Assembly (NCBI GenBank): GCA_951406725.2
Contig: OX597819.1
Location: forward strand, 40,920,001 to 40,984,000
Source: Octopus vulgaris
Taxonomy: Eukaryota
Direction: 5' to 3'
Length of the DNA: 64,000 nt
The translations under genes and the position numbers were made by a program. Positions 23,716-36,792 of this stretch are shown piece by piece; position 1 is the stretch's first letter, and each line of letters opens with the position of its first letter. Below the pieces are notes generated by a model. That model worked only from the letters and a program-made list of their open reading frames with translations. It did not search any database and had not been told where the DNA came from.

Positions 23716-24190
23716 TTATTTTGTCATATGTAGACATGATCCAAAAAGTTCAGTTCTTGAATTTAGACTTGTAGCGGGGTTTAAGGAACTTTTGCAGATG
23801 TACCATCTTTCCATATCACAAAGAACGCACTTGCCACTCCCGTTGGTAGAAGGTTTACACTTGGCCAAGATCTTCAAGTGAATCGTATAATTGACACCTT
23901 GTGCGTTTAAGAACCATATATAACTGAATAATTTGGTCGTTTTTCTTTTATCCCAGTGTCTGAAGCTTAAGGTATGGTTATTGAACCTAGCCTTAAAATT
24001 TCCCTCTGTTAGACCCACATATTTCTTTGACGAAACTGTGTCCTTAGCGGTCGTAGAATCTACAGTGGCTTCATAAATAATGGTCTCGGTCATACAGGCT
24101 CCATTTAGCGGGCACAAGTCTTTATCTCTGCAGGAAGAGCCGGTTTCGTGTTGTTGTTTTTTTTTTGTGTTACGTGCAATTATATTTAAA
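23716..24190 (-). pseudogene. GIY-YIG endonuclease fragment of a second PLE family
   Basis: CRDKDLCPLNGACMTETIIYEATV...KYVGLTEGNFKARFNNHTLSF...CVLCDMERWYI...LNSRTELFGSCLH. Confidence 0.85.
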
Positions 24191-24214
24191 AAAATTTTTA
24201 CTCTCTCTCTCATT

Positions 24215-24372
24215 ACTCTTTTACATGTTTCAGTCATTTGACTGTAGCCATGCTGGAGCACCGCCTTTAATCGAGCAAATCGACCCCAGGGCTTATTCTT
24301 TGTAGGCCTAGTACTTATTCTATCGGTCTCTTTTGCTAAGTTACGGAGACGTAAACTCACCAGCGTCTGGAT
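24215..24372 (-). mobile_element. SINE family A, 3' part
   Basis: GTTTCAGTCATTTGACTGTAGCCATGCTGGAGCACCGCCTTT matches the family A tail. Confidence 0.75.
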
Positions 24373-24439
24373 AACAACGTACTAACAAATCTATCTGTGT
24401 ATGTATAAACTGTGGGTACTGGGGTAACACTACCTTCTG

Positions 24440-24765
24440 TATATATCTCCTATTTAATACTAGGGACGTTTCATTTATGAGCACGTACTCCTGTATTTGT
24501 TTTGAGTGTTGGGCCCTTCGGGTGCTTGAATAGAATGAAGATGTCAAGTCGGCCCACTATACTTCCATGTTGGTCTTTGACTTGTTGGTAGAGGCCTGTC
24601 GTCATATTGTCTCAAATGTCTATATTTAGTCTCTCTGCAATGTTTCTAGACGTCTCACCAATGTATGTTATGTTCTTGTCTTTGCAAGCACCCTCTGTGT
24701 AGTTTATGCTGTAGACTACATTTCTACTTCCGCAGTTAATGCCAGGGTTAATCTTACAAGAAATA
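24440..24765 (-). pseudogene. Degenerate GIY-YIG fragment of a third PLE family
   Basis: Minus-strand translation CKINPGINCGSRNVVYSINYTEGACKDKNITYIGETSRNIAER. Confidence 0.65.
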
Positions 24766-24988
24766 TACTATCAAAAAGAACGCAGCTCCGATAACAGTCA
24801 ACAACTATTGAAGAAGTTGCAAGAAGCAACGAAAACTTTAGAAAAAAAAAGGAACAAAAGTAAACGAATGATTATCGAACAGGCGACTGTGTTAATAAGG
24901 CATTAAAACAGAACGACTCTCCCCAGACTCAATGAAATATGCTTCAACATACGAATTCACATAATCTTGCAAACCAAATGCAAAAACG

Positions 24989-25043
<55 letters not shown>

Positions 25044-25199
25044 CTTTATTTTAAGCAGCAGAAAATTCAACAAAATCTGTTACTCTGAGTTTCTCGTTGC
25101 CGTTCATCAGACAGTTTTCTAGCAAAAACTGTCTGATGAACGGCAACGAGAAACTCAGAGTAACAGATTTTGTTGAATTTTCTGCTGCTTAAAATAAAG
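25044..25199. repeat. Perfect palindrome, 75-bp arms, 6-nt loop CTAGCA, carrying a minimal hammerhead on each strand
   Basis: Arms 25044-25118 and 25125-25199; plus-strand motif CTGT CTGATGA ACGGCAACGA GAA ACTCAGAGT A ACAG at 25129-25166. Confidence 0.9.
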
Positions 25200-25268
25200 C
25201 ATATTACTCTACCACTGGTATTTGAGTACTCTTTTTTCCACCTTGTTTCACATTTATGTGTTTACTCC

Positions 25269-25855
<587 letters not shown>

Positions 25856-25858
25856 GTT

Positions 25859-25889
<31 letters not shown>

Positions 25890-25912
25890 GTATGTAAATA
25901 TATATATATATG

Positions 25913-25946
<34 letters not shown>

Positions 25947-26106
25947 TGTATATAAATAAATATATAGTGGAGACAATGGCAAGATACGTATGGAATATAT
26001 GTATATACATATACATAGATACATACATTCATACATACATTTAATATATATATGTGTGTGTGTGTGTGTATCGAGAGAGTGACTGAGTGAGAGAGAGAGG
26101 GAGAGA

Positions 26107-26159
<53 letters not shown>

Positions 26160-26739
26160 TATAATGAACAAAAGAAATGGAACAGGTGGTTTGGTGACAT
26201 AAATAAAATAGATGTAGGTGGTTCGACTGAGTTCGGACAGATAATGTAAATTGTACAGAGAATGTAAATAGAAATGACGGAAGACGAATTATAATGCAAG
26301 ATAGGTGGGGAAATTAAGTTGGAAAGCTGACAATACACCAGCGCGCGCGTACAGACATACATACATGCATACATGCATGCATACATACTTACTGACAGAG
26401 AGACAGATCTATGTCGACAGGCAGTGACATTGCTAGGTGGCGTGTAGATGATTATATAGTTGTATTATATCTCAGGTAGATAAGTAAAGTTGCATTCTTA
26501 CACATGCATACCTCTACACACAAAATTGGATTATCTCCCCATGATAGGTTCTGTCTAATTACTAATGCAAATATATAAATGCGTTGTTAAGGAAGAGGAT
26601 AATTTAAATCAGTTATATACAGGTAGTACAGTAAAATTTAAGGCTGTGTGTAAAGGAATGCCTTGTAATCCTTAATTTTTGTAACCATTTGGCGAGGGAA
26701 ATGTCTAGATATGATGATACAATCTTCGGTTTAAAATCT

Positions 26740-26830
26740 AGAAAAATTGGCGTAGGTGGAGGGCAGAACCCCTCGCTGCAATAAATGTGGCCAAAAGGGC
26801 CAGATTAGAGCGGATAGCCCTAAAAAAAAA
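26740..26830 (+). pseudogene. Degenerate zinc-knuckle (gag-like LINE ORF1) fragment
   Basis: VEGRTPRCNKCGQKGQIRADSP resembles CxxCxxxGHxxxxC with two ligands mutated. Confidence 0.45.
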
Positions 26831-27499
26831 ACAAGGAAGCCCAAGAGAAAGCTGAGAAGGAAAAGGAGATAGTGGAATATAAGGATGAAACAGACGAGGA
26901 AGAAGTATGGAGAGTGGCTGGAAGGCAAAAACAGAGGAAGAGGAAGAAGGATAGTTAAAGTGAGCCCCAACCCGTACCCACCTCACCTATGTCTTCACAA
27001 CCCCACTCTCCCACTGCAGACACCAAACCCAGCCATTCCCCACCGACACAAAAACGGAAAAAAGAAGTACAAACACACAAAAATTCACAAAACTCCCCTG
27101 CCATGAGTTATGCTTGTGTTTTGTTTAAGGGTGTGGATAAGAAACTGGTGGAGAAATTGCCACGATGGAGAGATGTGAGGTTTGTTAGTATGAAGGGAGA
27201 TAAGAAGGAAGCTATGGTCGCAAGTGTATTGGTGCCGTAATGTTGGATGAGAGAGGTTAAAGAATGTAAGGAGGGTGTTAGATACAGAAATATGATTTGC
27301 AATATAAGGGATGTGCCAAATGAGATTGAAAATAAGGAATTGGAAGAACGTTATGGAATCAACATGAACTGGATCTAGAAGGAAGTAAATGATGCTAGTG
27401 AGGCGGGGTAGGTAGCTCGTTTCCATACATCATTTCATTTTTCATTCATGTTTATCATAATTTTATTATTTTAATTGTTATATGTCACCACATATTGGT

Positions 27500-27880
27500 C
27501 TGTGGGAAGACCGTTCTTACGTTACAAGGATATTTGCAAAAGGGACATGAAGGCCTGCAACATCAATATTAGCAATTGGGAAGCAGTTGCCAGCAACCGT
27601 GGAGATTGGCGACGTACCGTAAAAGAGGGAATACAAAGGAGTGACAGAGAGAGAGGAGAAATGGAAAGACAAGAAAAGACGTCAACAAGAAACTATGACA
27701 TTACAACCAGCCAGGAACAGTCTTCGCTACATTTGCGGTACCTGCCAGAGGGAGTGTTTGTCCAGGATAGGACTACACAGCCACAGCAGGAAATGTATCA
27801 GGACATGAAATGTAAAAGCCGGACTAGACTATTTTATGCGCAACTCCATTGTCTCCCGAGACAAAAAGGATGCCAACAAT
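27500..27880 (+). pseudogene. RTE-clade LINE 3' end
   Basis: GRPFLRYKDICKRDMKACNINISNWEAVASNRGDWRRTV, then frameshifted CQRECLSRIGLHSHSRKC zinc finger typical of RTE C-termini. Confidence 0.85.
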
Positions 27881-27970
27881 GTCACCACATGTATTGTATT
27901 GTCCATTCTCTGTGTGCCCCTTGTGGGTAATAAAGAATCATTTTCATAAAAAGTTTTGATATGCGCATGT

Positions 27971-28068
27971 TTCATGTTTATCCTGATGAGGGGGTTATCA
28001 CCATGATGCACTTTAGTGTAAATGAACTGCAGTGTGGAGCTCCCGAAATGGCCATACATATATGTGAA
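27971..28068 (+). ncRNA. Type-I hammerhead ribozyme motif with long stem II insert
   Basis: Stem I TTCATGTTTATC/CATATATGTGAA, CTGATGA at 27983-27989, stem II GGGGG/CTCCC, GAA-ATGGCCAT-A (palindromic stem III, AUA site). Confidence 0.65.
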
Positions 28069-28649
28069 TGTTGAATTTGACCGGTGATATCTGTTTATTA
28101 TGAACTTTGAACGTACTTGTGTGAGAGGAGTAAAAGACTTTTTTCAAGATGTATGTGAACTTGACCTGTGGAAGTCTGTTTACTTATAAACTTTGGACGT
28201 ACTTGTGTGAGGGGAGTAAAAAACTTTTCCAAATATAAAAAAAAAAAAATTAATAATTAAAAAAAATATTTTAATCGTCTGATAAAATTTTTATTTTTCT
28301 CATTATTTATTTTATATTTGTCCATTAGGCCTTTTGATAGTTTTGAAATTTTTAGTCGTTATATTTAACTTTTGATAAGCCGTTCTATTTGTATTTTATT
28401 AGAATATATATATTTTTACATCCTGCTATTTTATGCATATGTATTGTTTCTTTATATGTTTGTAGACCATGGTGTTTTTTTTTTTATATATGATTAAATG
28501 TTTGAGGGGTGGTGTTGTATGTAAAGTTGTTGACCCAAATTTAATGTTTGTTCTATGACCGATGCTTCTTTATATATATAAGTATACATGTATGTGTGTG
28601 TGTGAAATCTTGCATGCACTAATTTCAACTCTACTTATTAATTATGTTT

Positions 28650-28848
28650 TTATTGCCCACAGAAGGCTAAACATAGAGACGACAAACAAGGACAGACAAG
28701 GGGATTAAGTCGATTACATCGACCCCAGTGATTGACTGGTACTTATTTAATCGACCTCGAAAGGATGACAGGCTAAGTCGACCTCGGCGGAATTTGAACT
28801 CAGAACGTAACGGCAAACAAAATACCACGACTCATTTCGCCCGGCGTA
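28650..28848 (-). mobile_element. SINE family B
   Basis: Matches 15333-15562. Confidence 0.8.
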
Positions 28849-28898
28849 GATAAACTGACATCTGAATGTTCAAAAGTAACTAGTAGTGACTTCTGAAA

Positions 28899-30180
28899 AT
28901 GAATAAAATTTGGTATCGTGGTGTTATCAAGTACCTTCAGAAAAATGGTTTTGCTCGCAAGGACATCTATGAAGACATGTTTGCTACATTAGGGGATTAC
29001 ATACCGGCTTCATCAACAATGCAAAAACGGGCAGTTGAATTTAGCAAGGGAAGGGAGACTCTTGAAGATGACCCAAGATCTGGATGTCCTGTAACAGCCA
29101 TTACCGAAAAAATATATTCTGTTCTACTCTAGGCAGAAGGCTCAAAATTTTTGGGGAGGGGGCCAGTCGATTAGATCGACCCCAGTACGCAATTGGTATT
29201 TAATTTATCGACCCCGAATGGATGAAAGGCAAAGTCGACCTCGGCGGAATTTGAACTCAGAGCGTAAAGACAGACGAAATACCTATTTCTTTACTACCAA
29301 CAAGGAGCTAAACACAGAGAGGACAAACAAGGACAGACAAACGAATTAAGTCGATTATATCGACTCCAGTGCGTAACTAGTACTTATTTAATCGACTCCG
29401 AAAGGATGAAAGGCAAAGTCGACCTCGGCGGAATTTGAACTCATAACGTAGCGGCAGACGAAGTACCGCTAAGCATTTCGCCCGGCGTGCTAACGTTTCT
29501 GCCAGCTCGCCACCTTCCACCGAGGAAAAAAAAAATATCGTGTTCACCACATAGTGATGGGTGACAGGCGATTGACAATAAATTAAACAGTCAATGCTAT
29601 TAACATGCCCCGTGGGGGAGTTGAGAATATTCTGCGCAATGAACTTGGCATGACGAAGGTTTTTCTTCAGTGCCTCATCTTCTGAAACCCGATCAAAAGC
29701 GCGCGGGAAAGCCCGACATTGTTTGAGACAGATCCAGCTGGTTTCTTTGAATGTTTCCCAACCCAGAACGAGCGTTGATTCATGACTTTGACGCAGTGAC
29801 AAAGAGACAATTTATGCAGTGGAAGCACCATTTCTCACCTGCTGCAATGAAGGACAAAGACGATCCATCAATAGGGAAGGTGATGATCTCAGTTTTTTTT
29901 TTGCGATGCAAAAGGCATTGTGCTTATTAACTATCTTCAAAAGGGCCGCGCCATCAATGGAAAGTACCATCCCAACTTGTGGAGGCAGCTACGAAAGGTT
30001 ATCAAGACCAAACGCCCAGGAAAACTAACGGAGGTATCTTATTCCACCAGGATAATGTTCCAGTACACAAGTCCTTGATTGCAATGGCTTCTGTGCATGA
30101 CTGTAACATTGAACTGGTTGATCACCTCCCCTATTCTCCTGATTTGACCCCATCTCACTATCATCTGTTCCCCAACAAGC
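28899..30180 (+). pseudogene. Degenerate mariner transposase interrupted by a dimeric SINE family B insertion (~29120-29515, minus)
   Basis: N-terminal HTH ...ETLEDDPRSGCPVTAITE; C-terminal ILFHQDNVPVH...LVDHLPYSPDLTPSHYHLFP. Confidence 0.85.
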
Positions 30181-30414
30181 AAAAAATATTGGGTTGTCCG
30201 GAAAGTTCGTGCCGATTTTTAAAGGAAAGAAAAAGGTCAATATACTTGTCTTATTTTCTAGCATCACACCCCACAAATTACGCTTTTCTTTTGTAGGGCT
30301 CCACCTTTCTTGATTCTACGTTTCTGTCTCCCAGATTTTCTTCCCGCTATCCATATATTTCCCTATCTACTTACCTGACTGTCTGCGTTAGTTAATGGTT
30401 GACTTTCTTTCTTT

Positions 30415-30462
<48 letters not shown>

Positions 30463-31175
30463 ACACTATTTAATTCTCCCAATTATCTCTCTATTTATCG
30501 AATCCACCTCTATATTACTTTTTCTCTCCTCCAAATTTCTCAGTATAGATACGTCTTTCTCTTTTCAGATTACGTATTTTATCACGTTACAACTCTAATT
30601 CTTCGACTCTTTTTCTAGAATTCGGTCTTATTTCTATCTTTACTTTTACTCCCTCTCTCCAAATGTGTAACAGTGTTGCTGAAGGCTGTTAGGATAGAGA
30701 AGTTAAATTTAAATGAATTGATATTAAGGATATTTTTATAATTATAGCCAGGAGAAAAACTGTATTCTTACCGGTTGGAGAGCTGTTTACGTATCGGTGT
30801 ACATACATTTATCAAAATGGAGGATTATACCACATTATCGTTCTGCTCCCCCTCCATTACTCTCTTGTATGAATCAGTTTTATTTAGTTTCTTTGAAATC
30901 TTTACATGCCCGTGCATTGTTGTAAATGCTCGCTACTTTTTTAAATATTTCATTTTACCAGATTATTTCGTTTGCTCAAATTATTGGGCAGATTTCTTAG
31001 AATAAACGATTAGTGATTTGAACTGTTTTCTATATATAATATCGATTAATTAGATTTAATAAATGTTTGGAACTTTGGAAGTTTCCTTTATTATGTTTCA
31101 ATTAAAAGACTACTTACTGCAAATTTTAGGTTCAAGTTATCGAATTATTAGGTAATGACAGACACACGTGCTATC

Positions 31176-31226
<51 letters not shown>

Positions 31227-31359
31227 ACACATACACGCACACACACAGACCTGCACGCACACACATACCCACACATACACACACATACCTCCTTCTCTTG
31301 CACTCTCCTGTCCTTGAAAGAACTTTTCTTCACCCATTCCCTTCCGGTCATTCAATATG

Positions 31360-31570
31360 TGACCGCGTGTGTATCGTTGGCGATTTTTTCCCCCTCAGTC
31401 ATCCCTTTCTTGGATATTTCTTTTTCCTATGTTTCTGACGAAGAGCTCTGCTCGAAACGTTAAATCCTCCTTCTTTCTTTCCTTTCCTGAGCGTCCATTA
31501 ACACCATACTTGTTCCACGTCCTCGCATTGTTGTGTTTTCTCTATGTGTTTTCATATTTATTTTATTAAA
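31360..31570 (+). mobile_element. Short PLE-3'-end-like repeat with minimal hammerhead core (31432-31464)
   Basis: TTT CTGACGA A GAGC TCT GCTC GAAACGTTA AA; ends in (TA)n; homologous to 50990-51185 (minus). Confidence 0.6.
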
Positions 31571-31572
31571 TA

Positions 31573-31613
<41 letters not shown>

Positions 31614-32140
31614 TATGTGTACATAATTTACACATAAAATCATTCATGAGCTTGAGAGTAAAGTAAACAATCCTTTCGCATTGGTAAATAGCAAACACTG
31701 AAAATATATAATTCGTAGTAACCGGGGGTAGGGGACAAAAAGAAATAAAATCTCGGTTTGAAAATGAATTCCGTACATGGAGCAAAATTTACGCAAAGTA
31801 CTTTTTTGTAGTTTATTACACAATTGTAGACAACAGCAGCAGAAATTTAATGCGGAAGCGTAATTTCTTAGTTGGAAACCGGGTCCATATTTATTAATAT
31901 CAAAATAAAAGGAGGCATACAAAAATAAAAAAAACAAAAACAAACATAAATGTATACATAGAGAGATGTACAGTAATATATACACGTTCACTTTATATAA
32001 ACATATACACACATATGTATGCATGCATGCATATACGTATGTATTTATGTATGCACGCATGCATGTATGTATGCATAACTTCTGTAAGTATATATATATA
32101 GGTAAAAAATTAATGAGTGCGTGCGTTACATAAATAATAT

Positions 32141-32203
<63 letters not shown>

Positions 32204-32239
32204 TATACATTATATATAATTTTAAAAAGTTTAGAAAAT

Positions 32240-32597
32240 AAATATACGAACATATACTAAATACACAGACGAACGGAAAACACAGAAGGTCAGCAACTCC
32301 GCTTCAGTTATGGGCCAGAGGGCCAAGCGCAATTTCGGCCATTATCGCTAATACTGATTCCACTCTGGAAAAACTGTCCTAGAGGGCTATAAACACGGAA
32401 GGAGTAAACCGAGGAGCTCAGAAAATCGTGACCATTTCGATCGAAGGCAATACGAAAAAGTATGACACCACTTTAGGCCATTGAGAATCACGTGATAGTG
32501 GCCAAAATTACGCTTGACCCTCTGGTCGATAACTGAAGAGGAGTTGGTGACCTGTCTTTTCCGTTAGTCTGTGTGTTTAGTATATGTTTGTATGTTT
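32240..32597. repeat. Diverged fold-back, ~120-bp arms with ~125-bp spacer
   Basis: CATATACTAAATACACAGACGAACGGAAAA...CTTCAGTTAT..CCAGAGGG versus CCCTCTGG..ATAACTGAAG...TTTTCCGTTAGTCTGTGTGTTTAGTATATG. Confidence 0.8.
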
Positions 32598-32679
32598 TTT
32601 TATATATATATATTAATTATATATATATATATATATATATACAGGTATGTCATATTTTCCGCTGTTTTTTTATTTAATC

Positions 32680-32734
<55 letters not shown>

Positions 32735-32788
32735 ATATTTATATACACATAAACACGCACACACACACATATATATATAAACACACAC

Positions 32789-32846
<58 letters not shown>

Positions 32847-32938
32847 CATACATAACTTGATCAGATAAAACAAATGAAGTGAGAGAATAGATGTTTCATT
32901 AATTGTTGACAGCTGAGCTCTATTTGATTCTTTGAATC

Positions 32939-33016
<78 letters not shown>

Positions 33017-33075
33017 GCATACATATATATATATATATGCATACATATATATATATGCATATATATATATGTTTG

Positions 33076-33153
<78 letters not shown>

Positions 33154-33596
33154 GTGCAACAATCTTACCTCGTCATTGCGTGTCCCCAACCAGAGAGGGT
33201 CTAAAACGACCCTAGAAACTCTCCCTCCCCAAGAGACTAACAAATACTGATATCTTTGTAATACCAAATTTAACAAATTTCATGGTTAAAGAAGGCCGAA
33301 CGCACCCTAAAATATTACTGGTGTACATTGTATCAACTCCATATAAGTGCGAGAAGAATATGAATTTGGGAAGGCTTCAAGTAGGAAAAAAAATGAGACA
33401 TGGAAACTAATCATAGTCTGCAACCTGTGCAACTTTTGTATGTCTATATGTGTCTACATATCTACATATCCCACAATATACATAAATATATCTATATGTC
33501 TTTATAAATGTATTCATATATCTTTGCCTGAGTAATACCTGCATACACACACGTATTTCGTTCTCAACGTATATAAGCACACATACACTCACACAC

Positions 33597-33699
<103 letters not shown>

Positions 33700-34455
33700 T
33701 TGTTGTGCAAGATTTTTTATGTGAAGTCGTGTGTTGAAACAGATATTGTTATATTTCGGAATGGTCATTTTGTCAGTTTAGCCAATAAAAACACACGCAC
33801 TATATATTTGGTGTTATTTTGCTTCAGTGTTATTTATTTTTTATATTAATCTTAATCTTATTTCGGCCAGAGTTCTTTCGTCACACTCCTGTGAGTCTTT
33901 GTTCGCCGATGAGGACTCAGTTCGATCAAGTGAATTGCCTGCACCTATACCCTTAACGTAGCTAGAATCAGCGGGACACGATGTGCAGTAAGGTCATGCA
34001 TTTTGTCCTATAGTTACGATCTGTCACGAGCTTTTATGTAGTTTTCATGCTGTCCAGTTCCATTTACAATGGCTACAGAAAATGACATTTACCCAAGATG
34101 GCACACAGTGCCAGAATCTTATGGCTGTAAAACAATCTCCTAAAACAATCAAACTGCGCTCCCTACTTTCTCTCTCACACGCACACACGCACGCACGCAC
34201 GCACGCACGCACATACACACACATATACTCATGCACATACACATAGTTGCATAATTACGTTTAAAACAATGAAGAAACCGCAATTTGAGGCAAAGTATTC
34301 AAGACATAAAGTAAGGATATTTATAATGATGATGTCTTTTGTAAGACCAGTCGTGTCTCTTGCTCTTCAGAATTCGTGCGAGAACGAATTCGTGTGGTCC
34401 CCGTACCAACTCTAAAGAGAAACAAACATGACGTGTCTTGGAAGGGCTATCATAC

Positions 34456-34538
<83 letters not shown>

Positions 34539-35050
34539 CGCACACAAGTTATACATACATTATATGCATAAATCATGCATATTTATAATTACATGTTTAA
34601 ATCTTATTTTAACAATGTCATTTACTAAAATGCTGTTGAATTAAAACAATACTAAATTTTAAAACACTTCGACTTTTTTTTTTACATTGGTGCAAAGCCG
34701 ACGAATATGTAGAGGAAGAGTGTGACCGATTGAACGTTTTGAATCTATTCCAGTTTATGTCTGGTACTTTTTTCTTATCCCTCCCGCACATCCAAGAACA
34801 ATTTGTTATAAAAGCGTCTTCAAAGAATTTAGTGATAATCGCTGTGCTCACAAATGTATATACATTTGTCCATATACGATGTATTCTTGGATGTAACTCT
34901 TTATTTTTCATTTTCAATTTTTTTTTCTCTTTTAGATATACATTTTTTTTTGCAATACGGCGCGAATTTGTAAACGCCGTATTACATGGCTTCTCGAGTC
35001 CAGAAAGTTATAGCTTAAACAGATAACCAGCTTATTTTAGCGATAGTTTG

Positions 35051-35368
35051 TTACCGGTAGTTATTATTCGATGACCGAGTTGTTCGAGGGCTATCATGTT
35101 TCCTTTCTTCTCTGGATGCCACTTCCTCTTTCTTTTCGCTGGTTGGCTGTTGGAATATATCCGGTCTCTGTGAAATGGCACCGCGATCTCGTTTTGGTTT
35201 GAATCTACCGGACCTAGAAATTGAAATTGTTCGTACACGATGCGTTTCCGTAGAATCTGTGTTATAGTCTGAAAATTGTCTCCTAAGCTCTTCAGGAATG
35301 GTATATTTGCCGTCAATACCATTTGGATCTTTTGGTTTCTTTTTGAAGTAATTTCTAATCGTTTCCAT
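35051..35368 (-). CDS. Probable small host protein (105 aa), PRR15/PRR15L(ATAD4)-like
   Basis: Non-repetitive ORF with strong start context AAAACATGG; motif RTISISRSGRFKPKRDR resembles the recalled PRR15-family motif ISRSGRFKEKRK; candidate splice acceptor TTCTTCTTTCAG at 35700-35689 and AATAAA at 34905-34900 on minus. Confidence 0.6.
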   Translation of the reverse strand: METIRNYFKKKPKDPNGIDGKYTIPEELRRQFSDYNTDSTETHRVRTISISRSGRFKPKRDRGAISQRPDIFQQPTSEKKEEVASREERKHDSPRTTRSSNNNYR

Positions 35369-35769
35369 GTTTTATTTTTTAAATTTTATATTAGAAAATA
35401 TGTGATATTTTTTTTATTTATCAAAGTATCGTTGATATTTAGTGATTGTAATTATATATGAGTATTTCTTCGAGATTCAGGTTGGAAGAAAAATAAGTAT
35501 GTTAAGGTTTTGATTTCTCACATAATGGTCCAGTAATTGAAGTGAAATTTACAAATAGCAAAAACAGCAACAAAATAAAATCCTCCGATTTTTTCTTCTT
35601 ACAAGTGAGACAGGTCTGCGTTTTGATTAAATGTATAAGGCCTTGGACATATACTATTTCTTTTTTCAGGTATTCTCACTCCAGCAATCTGAAAGAAGAA
35701 ATATAATAGAATTAACATTTGTGTAAATTTAACGAATGTATATATTCTATTAATTATATTAGATTATGA

Positions 35770-35968
<199 letters not shown>

Positions 35969-36500
35969 CCCTGATGCAGTACCAAGCAGTGACTCTCAAC
36001 GTTTTTGATCTTAACTGATTGGAAGTGTTATCATGTACATTGTTCTGTCTTGGTATAAAAGATGGGCTACAGCAAATATTCTGCTCAATACCTCAGATTT
36101 GCTTGTCAGTTGCTTGATCTTAACAATTGAGCATGTCCCTTAGTGGCTGACGATATGTGCATCTCTGATCACGAGCATAAGTAGTGGGAGAGCATCATAG
36201 CCATGTGTTGAGAGGAATTCTTTGGGGTTTGAATAATTCACCTCTTTAAATATGGGTGTTTTGTTCATCATCCTTAAACAAACATTATTCAGGGACCATT
36301 TGAGTAGGATAGGCTATTCAACATGAAGAAAATTCTAACTGGGCCCCATCCAATTGTATGAGATCACCATGTCGCGTACATATGGTTGTGCTCCATGTAC
36401 CTGGTGAACCCTTGTCAGACAGGTAGTCATGATTGGTATATTGGGCTTCGTATATTTGTACACCTGTATCACGTTGATGGCATGCACTGCTCTCTCACTC

Positions 36501-36547
<47 letters not shown>

Positions 36548-36624
36548 TGCTGCTGCTGCTGCTGATGATGCTGATGATGATGATGAGGATGCTGATGATG
36601 ATGATGTTGATGATGATGATAATG

Positions 36625-36681
<57 letters not shown>

Positions 36682-36792
36682 ATAATAATAGTGACAGCGG
36701 CTGGACGTGTTGTTCGCTGCTCTGACCTGTCAGCAGCTGAAGACATAGAAACACTAATACAACCCAGCAGGACAACTGAAAAATAACTCTAA

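Noticed and set aside
28075-28230. Direct repeats here and at 36793-37985 considered as CRISPR-like arrays
   Set aside because: Eukaryotic context, no unique spacers, diverged whole-unit duplications, no cas genes
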